Shown here one piece after another: positions 8,951 to 18,380 of a DNA stretch of 47,096 nucleotides. The notes under the pieces are model-generated. The model saw nothing but the letters and a program-made list of their open reading frames with translations. It was not told where the DNA came from and searched no databases. This DNA is from a virus (Duplodnaviria > Heunggongvirae > Uroviricota > Caudoviricetes), in the IMG/VR virus record IMGVR_UViG_2802429246_000002. One strand, 5' to 3'. The first letter of the stretch is position 1; the number at the start of each line of letters is the position of its first letter. The position numbers and the translations under genes are program-made.

Positions 8951-8967
8951 ATTACCTTAAAGGTAAA
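8951..8967. promoter_or_regulatory. 17-bp inverted repeat attacct-taa-aggtaaa (site C)
   Basis: Sits 26 bp upstream of the ATG at 8993 with strong GAGGAGGAG RBS in between. Confidence 0.55.
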
Positions 8968-8992
8968 CCATGTGTTTACATGAGGAGGAGAT

Positions 8993-9202
8993 ATGGGATT
9001 TTGGTTCGCTCGTACAAAAACGAGGGATAATGCACCCAGCCCTCAGGCAAAAAATGCAGAAGTTCCGGCGTCAGCGCAGGTTAACAAGCGTGGTGGAGTA
9101 TATATCTCATCACAGCAAATTTCTGAGCTTCCTGAGGTTAAGGAGATGCGTCGTCTCGCTGCTGCAATTGTTAAACAGGATCTTGCCACTGTAAGGAAGT
9201 AG
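8993..9202 (+). CDS. Small soluble protein (69 aa), first gene of a two-gene cargo operon
   Basis: Strong RBS GAGGAGGAG; stop overlaps start of the downstream membrane protein gene (TAGTG); no recognizable domain. Confidence 0.55.
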   Translation: MGFWFARTKTRDNAPSPQAKNAEVPASAQVNKRGGVYISSQQISELPEVKEMRRLAAAIVKQDLATVRK

Positions 9203-10068
9203 TGTTGCTAGCTCTTCTAATTATCCCAATCCTGGTTAGCGGTTATATTATGATAACCGCTAACCAGTATCATTATTTCCGTTTATACCGACACGAAGGC
9301 CAGCTTCTTTATATGAAAGTAGCGGCACTAGGTACATATTGCCTTGTTGCATCAGTAATAATTGCAGCCGCTATAAAATATAAATGGCCTGATTTTCACC
9401 TAGTTCACGATATGGTGGAAACTTTTAATGTAACATCAAAACCAGAAACAGATAGAATTTACATGTGGCTGCTTCTTCTCTCAGCCACATCCATTTGCTT
9501 CTCTTTGTGTTATGTGTCTGTTGTGTGGGTGAAAGATTTTCTTCTTGGTTGTTTTTATAAACGTGATATTTACGAGCAAAAAACAGAGGCAATGAAGGCC
9601 AGAGTACTGCGAAAAACTTACTCGCAGGGTTCTTTAGACTTACTATTGCTTGATGCTATTGAATCGGATCCTAAACGACCAATGCTGATTACTTTATCAT
9701 CAAACAAAGTGTATGTTGGAATAATAAATGGTTCTGGTGAACCAACGGAAAATCAGGGTCCGCATCAGCACATATCTTTTGTTCCTTTAATGTCAGGATA
9801 CAGGAACAAAGAAAACTTATCTGTCACATTCACTAATGCTTATCCAGGAGAAATACAGGTCAAGCGGACTGCAGCAATAAGAGGAATTAGCAGAAAGAAA
9901 GTGCCAGGACTTGAGATCATGGTGTCTATTGACGAAATAAGTTATATATCATGGTTTGATTTTGAAGTATATAAAGCAACAAATAACAAAGTAGAATCCA
10001 GGGGGCACGTTATTCGTGTTACCAAAAATGGAAGAAATATATATCAAAGAAATAGCAAAAAAGAATAG
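9202..10068 (+). CDS. Integral membrane protein (3-4 N-terminal TM helices) with ~150 aa C-terminal soluble domain; unknown function
   Basis: 288 aa; GTG start overlapping upstream stop; AT-rich codon usage; followed by intrinsic terminator. Confidence 0.65.
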   Translation: MLLALLIIPILVSGYIMITANQYHYFRLYRHEGQLLYMKVAALGTYCLVASVIIAAAIKYKWPDFHLVHDMVETFNVTSKPETDRIYMWLLLLSATSICFSLCYVSVVWVKDFLLGCFYKRDIYEQKTEAMKARVLRKTYSQGSLDLLLLDAIESDPKRPMLITLSSNKVYVGIINGSGEPTENQGPHQHISFVPLMSGYRNKENLSVTFTNAYPGEIQVKRTAAIRGISRKKVPGLEIMVSIDEISYISWFDFEVYKATNNKVESRGHVIRVTKNGRNIYQRNSKKE

Positions 10069-10088
10069 CCCGCGCCGCGGGCTTTTTT
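10068..10088 (+). terminator. Rho-independent terminator (GC stem gcccg/cgggc + T6)
   Basis: Hairpin followed by TTTTTT directly after the stop of the 9202..10068 gene. Confidence 0.6.
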
Positions 10089-10160
10089 GTGGACGAAACA
10101 AAAGTCAGTGCTACACTCATTGACGCCACATTGAGATGGCTTATAGATGGAAATTTCACA

Positions 10161-10322
10161 ATGAAAAAAGCATTTGCTGCACTGTTCGTTTTGTTGTCTC
10201 TGGTAGCTTCAACTCAGGCCTTTGCCGGTCGTTGTCAGCACGACAGCGATACTGCTGCTGACGGCTCCCGCTGCGGTGGGCGTTCTGCGGATTCCCGCCC
10301 GGGCGGCGGTGGCATCCGTTAA
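10161..10322 (+). CDS. Small secreted Cys-containing peptide (signal peptide + ~30 aa mature, Gly/Asp/Arg-rich)
   Basis: MKKAFAALFVLLSLVASTQAFAG signal peptide, AFA cleavage motif; start chosen at internal Met 10161. Confidence 0.4.
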   Translation: MKKAFAALFVLLSLVASTQAFAGRCQHDSDTAADGSRCGGRSADSRPGGGGIR

Positions 10323-10351
10323 AAACAAGGCCGCGAAAGCGTCCTGTTTGA

Positions 10352-11203
10352 TCACTGTGCAGTTTTCGCTGATCGATTTTCAGCTCTAAATTCAAGAACC
10401 GTTTCAATATTTCTTTCCTTCAGCATATCAATAACATTTTTATTCATTTGACTATCACTGGTTAATAACTGGTAAACGTTGCTTCTCTCTTTATCAGAGT
10501 TTTCTTTAACAGCTGCTTTGCATGCCAAATGCTTATTGAAATTTTCTACATCGCTAGTACAGGAATTTACGGCTGCTGATGAAATATCAGACGCTGAAGA
10601 AACACCATCATCCAAACGTTTTATAGCATTTTCTATACATGAGTTAAGGGAATAAACGACAACTGAGCGATACCCTTCAGACGCACACCATTCTAAATTT
10701 CTTGAAGGATCGAGTGGTTTTACTTCGCTGGATTGAATTAACTTGTCAAAAACTGACTTATATTCAATCTGTTTTTTATCTATAGCCCATACTTCAGTAG
10801 CTGATTTATAATTCCCCGTATGCCTATTAACATCAAATCCATGTTTTATAAGCAAATCTGCCCATGAAAGATTTATTGATTCATTGTTATGAGGCCATTT
10901 TCCTGTCAGAACCGCCCCCATAGACCCCATATATCCGCCATATGATGGTATAGCACCATGGCTCAGTAACTTCTCAGCAACCACAGGGCAATTAATTACA
11001 TAAGAGGCGTAAAGCCCATTCCATAAAGCCCCTCTATAGTAATCGCCACGATTAGGTTCTTTTAAGTCGATAGCCTTTGATAATTGTTCACACGTTTTGC
11101 ATGCATCAAAGTTATCCTTATTGCATTGCAATGAACTGGCAGCTGTAGGATTTACAGAGACTATTGAAAGCACTATGCCAAAAAACAAATTTATTTTTTT
11201 CAT
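10352..11203 (-). CDS. Secreted protein with possible ankyrin-like repeats (AT-rich cargo gene at the end of the ejection-protein operon)
   Basis: N-terminal signal peptide; segments VAEKLLSHGAIPS and WADLLIKHGFDVN loosely resemble ankyrin repeat cores; about 38% GC; starts 1 bp after the stop of the upstream gene. Confidence 0.5.
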   Translation of the reverse strand: MKKINLFFGIVLSIVSVNPTAASSLQCNKDNFDACKTCEQLSKAIDLKEPNRGDYYRGALWNGLYASYVINCPVVAEKLLSHGAIPSYGGYMGSMGAVLTGKWPHNNESINLSWADLLIKHGFDVNRHTGNYKSATEVWAIDKKQIEYKSVFDKLIQSSEVKPLDPSRNLEWCASEGYRSVVVYSLNSCIENAIKRLDDGVSSASDISSAAVNSCTSDVENFNKHLACKAAVKENSDKERSNVYQLLTSDSQMNKNVIDMLKERNIETVLEFRAENRSAKTAQ

Positions 11204-11204
11204 C

Positions 11205-14200
11205 CTATTTCATCTGCTCTTCAACTTTATTTAGTAATGGTGATATCGCCCACAGATTCTGAAAAGGTAGCATTTTACGGACAGCGTGGGTTTGCTGGCT
11301 GTCAAATTCTCCGTTAAGTACACCATTTGCAACCGTCGCGGCATCACCGCCAAGATCAAAGGTAGGACCAAGTAAAGCACCAATAGCATTACGACTCTGA
11401 AACCTTGATACCGGAGGCGCACCAAACATCGCGCCAAGACCAAACCTACCGCCGCTTATGTTCTCAACGGTATTCAGCGGCTCAGAGAGCCAGCCAAGCA
11501 TTCCGCCCCGGTCGATCCCCTCTTTCACAAGGTTATTCCAGCTGTAGTCAATATCGCGACCGCTTAACTTCTGTTTCATCATATAGACCATTGAGCCAAG
11601 CGCAATCGTGCCAAGCGCACCAAGATAGAATGCAGCATCGCCCTGCTGGATACCAGATACCAGCACCCTGTTATGCTGTGCGAAGATAAACGTTTTAAAC
11701 TGCGTGATCATCTTCCAGCCTTCTTTACTAAAAAACAGCGGGGTATCACCTACGCCAGGCGTTACAATCACTGAGTCTACATCTTTCAGCACTGCAGACT
11801 GGAAAATCTCTCTAGCGAAACGGTCATCCCACAGATGACTATGCCCGGTTAACAGCCCGTCCATATCCTCTCCGTGCTTCCCGAATTGCTCCCCGATTCG
11901 GCGCAGAACATCTTCATTGATGCCGACCTGTGCCATCTTCCGCATTTCACTTTTGGAGAGCGTGCCACCAGCAGAAACTTTGCGAGCCGCGTCAAGTATC
12001 CTCGACTGCACTATCATCCCGGACCATGATTTAAGTGCGCTGTTCCACTGATTCATCAGCGTCCAGTTACCGAATTTCTGCGTCATCCAGTTCAGACCTC
12101 GCTCAGCGGCGCTTCTCCGGCTATAGGGGTCAGTAAGATCCGCTATAGCCTTTGTACGCGTAGACAGGACATAATCAAGCCCAACGGCCATTTCTCGCAA
12201 ATCCCTGGTTGCAATTTTCACTGAGTCCATATTTTTAAGCATGCTTACCATTGGTCCGAGAGATTTTCTCAGGCCATGCTGCATCATCGGTCGCATCAGA
12301 TCAGTTGCAGCGGAGACAGTCATTCCACCAAGCAAACGGAGGAAGTTAATATTCCTAGCAACTCGCCCGGCACGAACAAAGAAACTGCGTGGATCTTGAG
12401 GTGCACCGTAAGTACCAAGCAGTCGATCACGCATAGCCGTAATATCCCTAATATCAGCCTCCCGTTGCTTCTCAAGAACTGCACGTCGTTTAGGTGTTTT
12501 AGCCTCTTTTATTAGCCGGGTATATTCCTCACTAACCTGACGGATTTGCTCCCCCATATCTTTACGGCCAAACTGCGCAGTCAGCTCAATTTCTGGTGCC
12601 ACCTGCCGGAGATAACTTTCCATGATGTAGTTAACATCTGATTCAAGAAAATCTTCTATACGCTCATCAGGAATAAGCAGCGTTCTGCTTTTAGTGAAAC
12701 CAGCCCGACCAACGAGTCTCTCTGGGATAATATCGGCTGGTACAAGCCCGGAAGGTGCGCCTATTATTTTATTCACGATCTCGTCAGCAGCGTCCTCTGC
12801 TTCCTCTCGGGATAGAGGCTCCATCTGCTTCAGTGCTCGTTCGCGGCTTGCATTCAGCCTTGTGGTTGAATTTGCCCGTTTTTGCAGTCGGCGAAGCTCA
12901 GAACGATATTTCCGTGGATTATCCAGCAACTCCATATGGCGCTGATAGACAGGAAGCTCACTCTTTGCCTGCGCTATATCATCAAGGCGTGTTTTAAGGT
13001 CAGAGCTTTCTTTCATCATTCTTGCCTGAAGTTTTTCTGATGAAGTCTCGGCCAACTCTTTTTCTATTCTTGTAAGACGCGCCTGTGTGTCAGTCTCCTG
13101 AGATATAAGCTTATTTCGTTTATCCAGTTCTTCCATGAGTAGAATTTTTTTACCAGACCATTTCTCCGCTTCAGCGATTTCACTAGCGAGAGCATCAGCG
13201 CGCGGTGCCGATTCCTCTGCAGTTTTTAGCAATGAATTTATCCTTTCAATTCGCTGACCTGCTTTGTCAGCACCTTTGGCACTAATCCCTTGTATCCAGT
13301 TGGCAATTCGCCCTCTGAATTCAGTGCGGTCGGAAAGTATCTTATCGAACTTATAAATGCGGGGAAGATAACTTTTCGCCGTCACGACATCGATATCTTC
13401 AGGAAGGATCCCCAGTTCCTGCATACGGGCTTTTGTGGTCTCGAAAATGGGGCGGATTCTGGCGGCTGCTTGTGAAACCTCAGGAATATCACTCTGATCA
13501 CCACGGCGCATAGCCATGCCAACAGCTTCATTGAAATCAATAAAGTTCATCCTCTTCACGCCGCGGGCGCTAACAGATTTGCTGTACTGCTGGTAAGCAT
13601 CACGAGTAGCTTCCATCTGCTTATAAAGCATGGCGTCGTATTGCTTAATCTTAGTCTCGACTGCTGTAAACGTAGCCAACCCCTCATCATTTTTGGCGAA
13701 GAAATAGTTATTTTCGGCAAGCTGCTGGTTAATCTGACGGGAGACAAGAGATGGTGATTGCGCCAAGCGGCCAGCAGGAGTGACACTCAACGTTTTGTTA
13801 GCAAGTCCAAGTCCAGCGAGCTGTTCCTGATCGAGTGTGGTATTGAAAACCTGAGCTGCACCAATGCTTTGAGGAGAATCCATACCTCGCAAATGATTAC
13901 CTACTGAGTTAACCACTGCCTCGCGCGCGCCAGGTCCAGCAAGTAGCTGTGCACCAGCACCAAGAATCCCACCAACGAGAGCATCAACAACAACGTTCGA
14001 TACGCTCTCCATCGGTGAGCGAGCTTCCTGAGTGGCCTGTAATGCGGCCTCTGAAGCAACACTGCCAGCAGCATTCGCCATGGCAAAACGCCCGGCTGTT
14101 TCTGCAATACGACCGCCACGAACGACAGCGCCGAACGGAATAAACATAGAAATCGCATTGAATGGATCTGCTAATCTCATTGCTACAGAAGAGACTGTAC

Positions 14201-14594
14201 CAGCAAATCCCAAGCCTGAATTGTATTCCATGTCAGCTCTCTGCTGATCGATTCGATGTTTAATTGCCATTGTTTCTTCAGGCGAACCGGAGTTGATAAA
14301 CGAATCTGCAAAATCTTCATAGCCTTTAATATCTGCTGCATCGTTATCAAATGGGTTATATCCTTCAACCCTGTCAAACTGACTGAAAGGAGCACTGGCA
14401 ATAAAGCTACCCAGCGTGTTATCTATACGAAATGCTGCTTGTCTAGACCTTTGAACGCGTTGATCACTGGTAAATGGGTTCACAGCAGAAAGCAAAGAAG
14501 GTGTTTCCATATAGAAATTACTGTCATCAGGTGCTGCTATTTGCTGAATATCCTCGCCAAGCAACTCTTTAGGATCCTGTTCATATATCGGCAT
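11205..14594 (-). CDS. Internal virion / DNA-ejection protein (large, 1129 aa)
   Basis: Size, position after tail tubular genes, coiled-coil-rich sequence; typical of podovirus core/ejection proteins. Confidence 0.6.
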   Translation of the reverse strand: MPIYEQDPKELLGEDIQQIAAPDDSNFYMETPSLLSAVNPFTSDQRVQRSRQAAFRIDNTLGSFIASAPFSQFDRVEGYNPFDNDAADIKGYEDFADSFINSGSPEETMAIKHRIDQQRADMEYNSGLGFAGTVSSVAMRLADPFNAISMFIPFGAVVRGGRIAETAGRFAMANAAGSVASEAALQATQEARSPMESVSNVVVDALVGGILGAGAQLLAGPGAREAVVNSVGNHLRGMDSPQSIGAAQVFNTTLDQEQLAGLGLANKTLSVTPAGRLAQSPSLVSRQINQQLAENNYFFAKNDEGLATFTAVETKIKQYDAMLYKQMEATRDAYQQYSKSVSARGVKRMNFIDFNEAVGMAMRRGDQSDIPEVSQAAARIRPIFETTKARMQELGILPEDIDVVTAKSYLPRIYKFDKILSDRTEFRGRIANWIQGISAKGADKAGQRIERINSLLKTAEESAPRADALASEIAEAEKWSGKKILLMEELDKRNKLISQETDTQARLTRIEKELAETSSEKLQARMMKESSDLKTRLDDIAQAKSELPVYQRHMELLDNPRKYRSELRRLQKRANSTTRLNASRERALKQMEPLSREEAEDAADEIVNKIIGAPSGLVPADIIPERLVGRAGFTKSRTLLIPDERIEDFLESDVNYIMESYLRQVAPEIELTAQFGRKDMGEQIRQVSEEYTRLIKEAKTPKRRAVLEKQREADIRDITAMRDRLLGTYGAPQDPRSFFVRAGRVARNINFLRLLGGMTVSAATDLMRPMMQHGLRKSLGPMVSMLKNMDSVKIATRDLREMAVGLDYVLSTRTKAIADLTDPYSRRSAAERGLNWMTQKFGNWTLMNQWNSALKSWSGMIVQSRILDAARKVSAGGTLSKSEMRKMAQVGINEDVLRRIGEQFGKHGEDMDGLLTGHSHLWDDRFAREIFQSAVLKDVDSVIVTPGVGDTPLFFSKEGWKMITQFKTFIFAQHNRVLVSGIQQGDAAFYLGALGTIALGSMVYMMKQKLSGRDIDYSWNNLVKEGIDRGGMLGWLSEPLNTVENISGGRFGLGAMFGAPPVSRFQSRNAIGALLGPTFDLGGDAATVANGVLNGEFDSQQTHAVRKMLPFQNLWAISPLLNKVEEQMK

Positions 14595-17341
14595 TATTTG
14601 CCCCCTGCGTATATATTGCTCGGAAGGTAATTGGCTGAACCATAACCGAATGGTTTGGTCAGATCTGGAGGAGTATATCCATCTTTATTGCTGAACTGCG
14701 GCAGCGGATTGCCTTCTCTCCGCACTCTAGCCTCATCAACACGCTGTTGCTGGAACTGAATGGTTTGCCTGTACATTGGAGATGTCAGCTGATCCGGCTT
14801 GAAACGAACAGGGAGACCATTTTCTCCAATATAATTTCTCGGTTCTATCGCTCCGTTTGCGTCAGGCTGTAAAACCATAACAGCATAACTCCTATCCCTT
14901 GCCGTAAGGCCATCAGAAACAAGTATTAAGTCCGTATCACTGCGAGGACCGCCAAAGGATTTTGATTTAAGCTCGCGTTTTTCCTGCTCCCACTGCCCCT
15001 GTATCCAGTTACCAGCACCATTATTTACTCCGTACAATGCCTCAGGTGCATACTTCATAACCTCTGCTTTGCCATTAACCGTAGAAACTCCCCAGGTGGT
15101 TCTGATCATGGCATTGGTCATTTTCTCAGCCTGTTCTGCATCGCCACCTGTCTGTACAAAGTTAGCATCGTAAATTGTCTGGTAATCTCGCTGATAGGCC
15201 GCATTTGATTTTCCTGGATCGGTAATATCCGGAGACCACGAACCAAAGGAAGTCAGACTGCTGGCGTTATTTTGTGCAGCAGTTGCCCTCGCCGCGACAT
15301 ATTTTTTGTCTCGCATGGCAGTGGAAAGCATCTGTTTCATTCGGTCATCCTGTTGGAACACCTGGCTGTAAGCCATATCAACAGCCTTATCCTCCGGCAC
15401 GCCAGCGCGGGAATAATCGTAAACCTTGCCGTAAAATGCCATCGTACTTTTATCAAGTGTTGCCGCTGCCGCCGGATTATTATCGAATAACTGACCGTAG
15501 AATTTTGCCATCGGGACAACCAGCGCAGGATCTCTTGATGTTGCTCCACTGTTAAGCATTGTTTTAACCTGAGTTGGTATCATGCCGCTTTTAGTTGTGA
15601 CGGTGACCAGTGTATTGATGCTCTGCGGATCAGATATGGAAAACGAAGGCGCAATATCCTGCGCGAAATAACGGTCTACCGCTGCCTGATTGTTTTTGTC
15701 GTTCGGGTCCAGCGGGAAGTTATTTTGCATTGAAGACACGAACCTGTTTCTTCCCTGCTGAATCTCCCAATCCCTATCCATCTCTTTAAATTTGGCCTGC
15801 ATTTTCTCCCAGCGTTGCTGGTTAGCTGCAAATCCAGGAGCGTTTGGATCCTGTGGACGTAAACGTTCAAGAATGTCTTGTCGTCCTTCTGGAGTGAGGT
15901 CTTTAGCGGCACCAATGACACCTCCATATTGTATCTGCGCCTGCATATCCTTCCACTTCATAGCGCCAATGCGCGGACCATTGGCCCGGATAAAATCGTC
16001 CTCAGAAGGTAACTGCTCAGGTTTCAATCCTTCATCAAGGGCTGAATATGCATCTTTAACTACGGTGCTAAGCTGGTCCGCATACTGCTGGCGGTACTGA
16101 TTTCTCAGCTCATTAGCCTGCCTCAATGCCTGTATTTGCATTTGAGGGCTCATAGCATCAAATGCCGCATTGCCCGTATAACGCTTAGGTGAATCAAGGT
16201 TAGTTAGACCAAGGGCTGCCGAGATACCAGTTTCAAGCTGTTCGGTGCTATAAGGCATACTGCCATTTTCGTGTTTAATAATCCCAGCAAATAAAGCAGC
16301 TAGTGTCTTTGGGTTAGAGATATCAAGCTGATCATTCTCCCCAACACCAAGCTCACCACACAATGCCCTAATATAAGCATCAGTATTATTACCATCACTA
16401 GCCGGAGCATAGCGATTAACAATCTCGCTAACGGTGTCATAGCCTTGACGCTGGTAAGACAACATATTTTTACCCAACGCGCGGATTCCATGCTCAGGGG
16501 TAGCAAACGTTGCAAAACGTCCATCGCTACCGATCTGACCTTCCCACGGGTTAGATTTGCTCGCTTCAATATTACCAGGGTTATTATTACGTAAACCACG
16601 AGCATCCAATGAATTACCATGTGACATTGCACGACTCACACCGTCAAGATCCCCTGGCTCTCCATTAACCTGAAGAAACTCGTTGTATTTTTGAGCGATA
16701 TTTCCTATCCATGCTTGCTGCCCCATTTGTTCCTTGAGCTGAGTTTTCTGCTGAACACGCCACTCATCAGGAAGCCCATGCGCATCAGCGTATTGATCAA
16801 TAGATTCAAATCGCTGCTTGGCTAAATCGACAAATGCTTGGTTATCGCTATATAGCCCCGCAGACTGAGTGACAGCCAATGCATTTCCTGACAAATACGT
16901 TTGATCTTGGAATTGCTGAAACTGCCCAACTTCATATCGACGTGCCTGATTGTAATAAGACTGCATAGACTGCTGGAGTTGAAAGGATAATTTATTCCTT
17001 TCCTCACTTTCAGGAATTGAGCCTAATAATGCCTGAGCCCTTTCCTGCATATTTTTCATAACAGCGTCACTCTGACCAAGAGCGTTTTTACCCTGTTTAG
17101 AAATCAGCCCATTTTCAGGGTTGTTAATCTGGTCATCTGCAAATTGGTTAAATTGCAGTAACGCCTCCTGGGCCATAGCAACATTCGCTTTCTGCCTGGC
17201 TTCACCATATGCCACCGCATACTGATCTGCGACATTCGCCAGCACCTGACCTGCTTGAGGAACATCGAAGGTCTGAAAACCACCGGTTTGCACACCACGA
17301 CTTTGCACCTGGCGTCCGGATGTAGTAGGAACAACAGGCAT
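14594..17341 (-). CDS. Internal virion / DNA-ejection protein (915 aa)
   Basis: Position and size; Gln/Asn-rich N-terminus; conserved-looking block around RNNNPGNIEAS in the N-terminal third. Confidence 0.6.
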   Translation of the reverse strand: MPVVPTTSGRQVQSRGVQTGGFQTFDVPQAGQVLANVADQYAVAYGEARQKANVAMAQEALLQFNQFADDQINNPENGLISKQGKNALGQSDAVMKNMQERAQALLGSIPESEERNKLSFQLQQSMQSYYNQARRYEVGQFQQFQDQTYLSGNALAVTQSAGLYSDNQAFVDLAKQRFESIDQYADAHGLPDEWRVQQKTQLKEQMGQQAWIGNIAQKYNEFLQVNGEPGDLDGVSRAMSHGNSLDARGLRNNNPGNIEASKSNPWEGQIGSDGRFATFATPEHGIRALGKNMLSYQRQGYDTVSEIVNRYAPASDGNNTDAYIRALCGELGVGENDQLDISNPKTLAALFAGIIKHENGSMPYSTEQLETGISAALGLTNLDSPKRYTGNAAFDAMSPQMQIQALRQANELRNQYRQQYADQLSTVVKDAYSALDEGLKPEQLPSEDDFIRANGPRIGAMKWKDMQAQIQYGGVIGAAKDLTPEGRQDILERLRPQDPNAPGFAANQQRWEKMQAKFKEMDRDWEIQQGRNRFVSSMQNNFPLDPNDKNNQAAVDRYFAQDIAPSFSISDPQSINTLVTVTTKSGMIPTQVKTMLNSGATSRDPALVVPMAKFYGQLFDNNPAAAATLDKSTMAFYGKVYDYSRAGVPEDKAVDMAYSQVFQQDDRMKQMLSTAMRDKKYVAARATAAQNNASSLTSFGSWSPDITDPGKSNAAYQRDYQTIYDANFVQTGGDAEQAEKMTNAMIRTTWGVSTVNGKAEVMKYAPEALYGVNNGAGNWIQGQWEQEKRELKSKSFGGPRSDTDLILVSDGLTARDRSYAVMVLQPDANGAIEPRNYIGENGLPVRFKPDQLTSPMYRQTIQFQQQRVDEARVRREGNPLPQFSNKDGYTPPDLTKPFGYGSANYLPSNIYAGGK

Positions 17342-17886
17342 CAGTAACCTCCTATTTTGAATCGGGAGTCAGAATTCATAAAACCTGAGTTAGATAACAT
17401 TGGCGTCCCACCACTAGATGTACTTCCTTTAGAGAACGGACTCCACGTCCCACCAAACATCTGGTACGCACCGTATGCCTTCAGAGGCGCAGTGAGCAAT
17501 GTTGTTGCTGCTCCCACATTCCCCTGTTTACGGGCTGAACTGGCTTCTGCTTTATAGTTGGCAGCCTGAACCTGATAACCGTAAGCCTCGCGTTGCGCGT
17601 TATTCACCGTCGTCAGCGAATCAAGAGCGCCAAACTGAGCAGTGTCACCAAATATATCCAGCGCGTTACCGGTAGATAAATCAGCGCCGGTAGCCCCCAT
17701 TGTCGCCGCCTGTGTACCAAGCCGCTGTCGGGTCTCTCTGCGCCGTTGCTCAGCTTCAGCGTTACCCCTGTTTATTGCATCATTTGCCTGAGCTGTGGCT
17801 ATATCTGCGTTCGCTTCTGCAACCTTCGAGGCATACTTTCCCTGTTGGTACTGGGTGTATGCCTGAATGCCACTCATGGCGAGCAT
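17341..17886 (-). CDS. Internal virion protein (small, Ala/Gln-rich)
   Basis: 181 aa, low-complexity helical protein within the virion-core gene block. Confidence 0.5.
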   Translation of the reverse strand: MLAMSGIQAYTQYQQGKYASKVAEANADIATAQANDAINRGNAEAEQRRRETRQRLGTQAATMGATGADLSTGNALDIFGDTAQFGALDSLTTVNNAQREAYGYQVQAANYKAEASSARKQGNVGAATTLLTAPLKAYGAYQMFGGTWSPFSKGSTSSGGTPMLSNSGFMNSDSRFKIGGY

Positions 17887-17915
17887 TGCGCCACCAGCAA
17901 TAACCGGATCGCAGA

Positions 17916-18380
17916 TTATTTTCTCTCCATGTGAAATCTGTGGAAATTAAGACCAAGAGCACCATAAGGCGCGGCTTCTTCAAGCCTGAATCCAAGCCAG
18001 TGCAGCCATGCTTTGGCAACATGGTTTCGCTCGTCGACGTAGTTTTCCAGGCGCGGATAAACTGCCAGCATCTGCTGCAATACAGGGCGGCAGTGGCGAA
18101 GAAATGTCTTCTGATATTTTTCAATACGGCTGGTTCCGACCAGCCAGGGCGTACCATTGCCACCGATCATTGACGCCGGAGATACACCAAACATGGTTAC
18201 CAGTTCTCCGTTCGCGAACCCTGACCAGGCCATAGTCGCAGTGCGCAGACCAACGCGCAGCGCATCTTCGGTAGTCATCAGCGATACCGCATACAGTTCG
18301 TCAATATCAGCCTGACGAACATCCGGCAAAATCATCTGAAGATGCTCTTCGGTAGCGGGAATAATTTGAACGTCGATCAT
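17916..18380 (-). CDS. Tail-associated / virion assembly protein (unknown function)
   Basis: 154 aa ORF within the structural operon between tail tubular and core genes. Confidence 0.45.
   Translation of the reverse strand: MIDVQIIPATEEHLQMILPDVRQADIDELYAVSLMTTEDALRVGLRTATMAWSGFANGELVTMFGVSPASMIGGNGTPWLVGTSRIEKYQKTFLRHCRPVLQQMLAVYPRLENYVDERNHVAKAWLHWLGFRLEEAAPYGALGLNFHRFHMERK

Noticed and set aside
3521-11203. Serotype-conversion genes (O-antigen acetyltransferase or glucosyltransferase) near the tailspike
   Set aside because: No 10-12 TM acyltransferase or GtrABC-like proteins are present; the membrane proteins here are small (99 aa) or have only 3-4 TM helices with a soluble domain.
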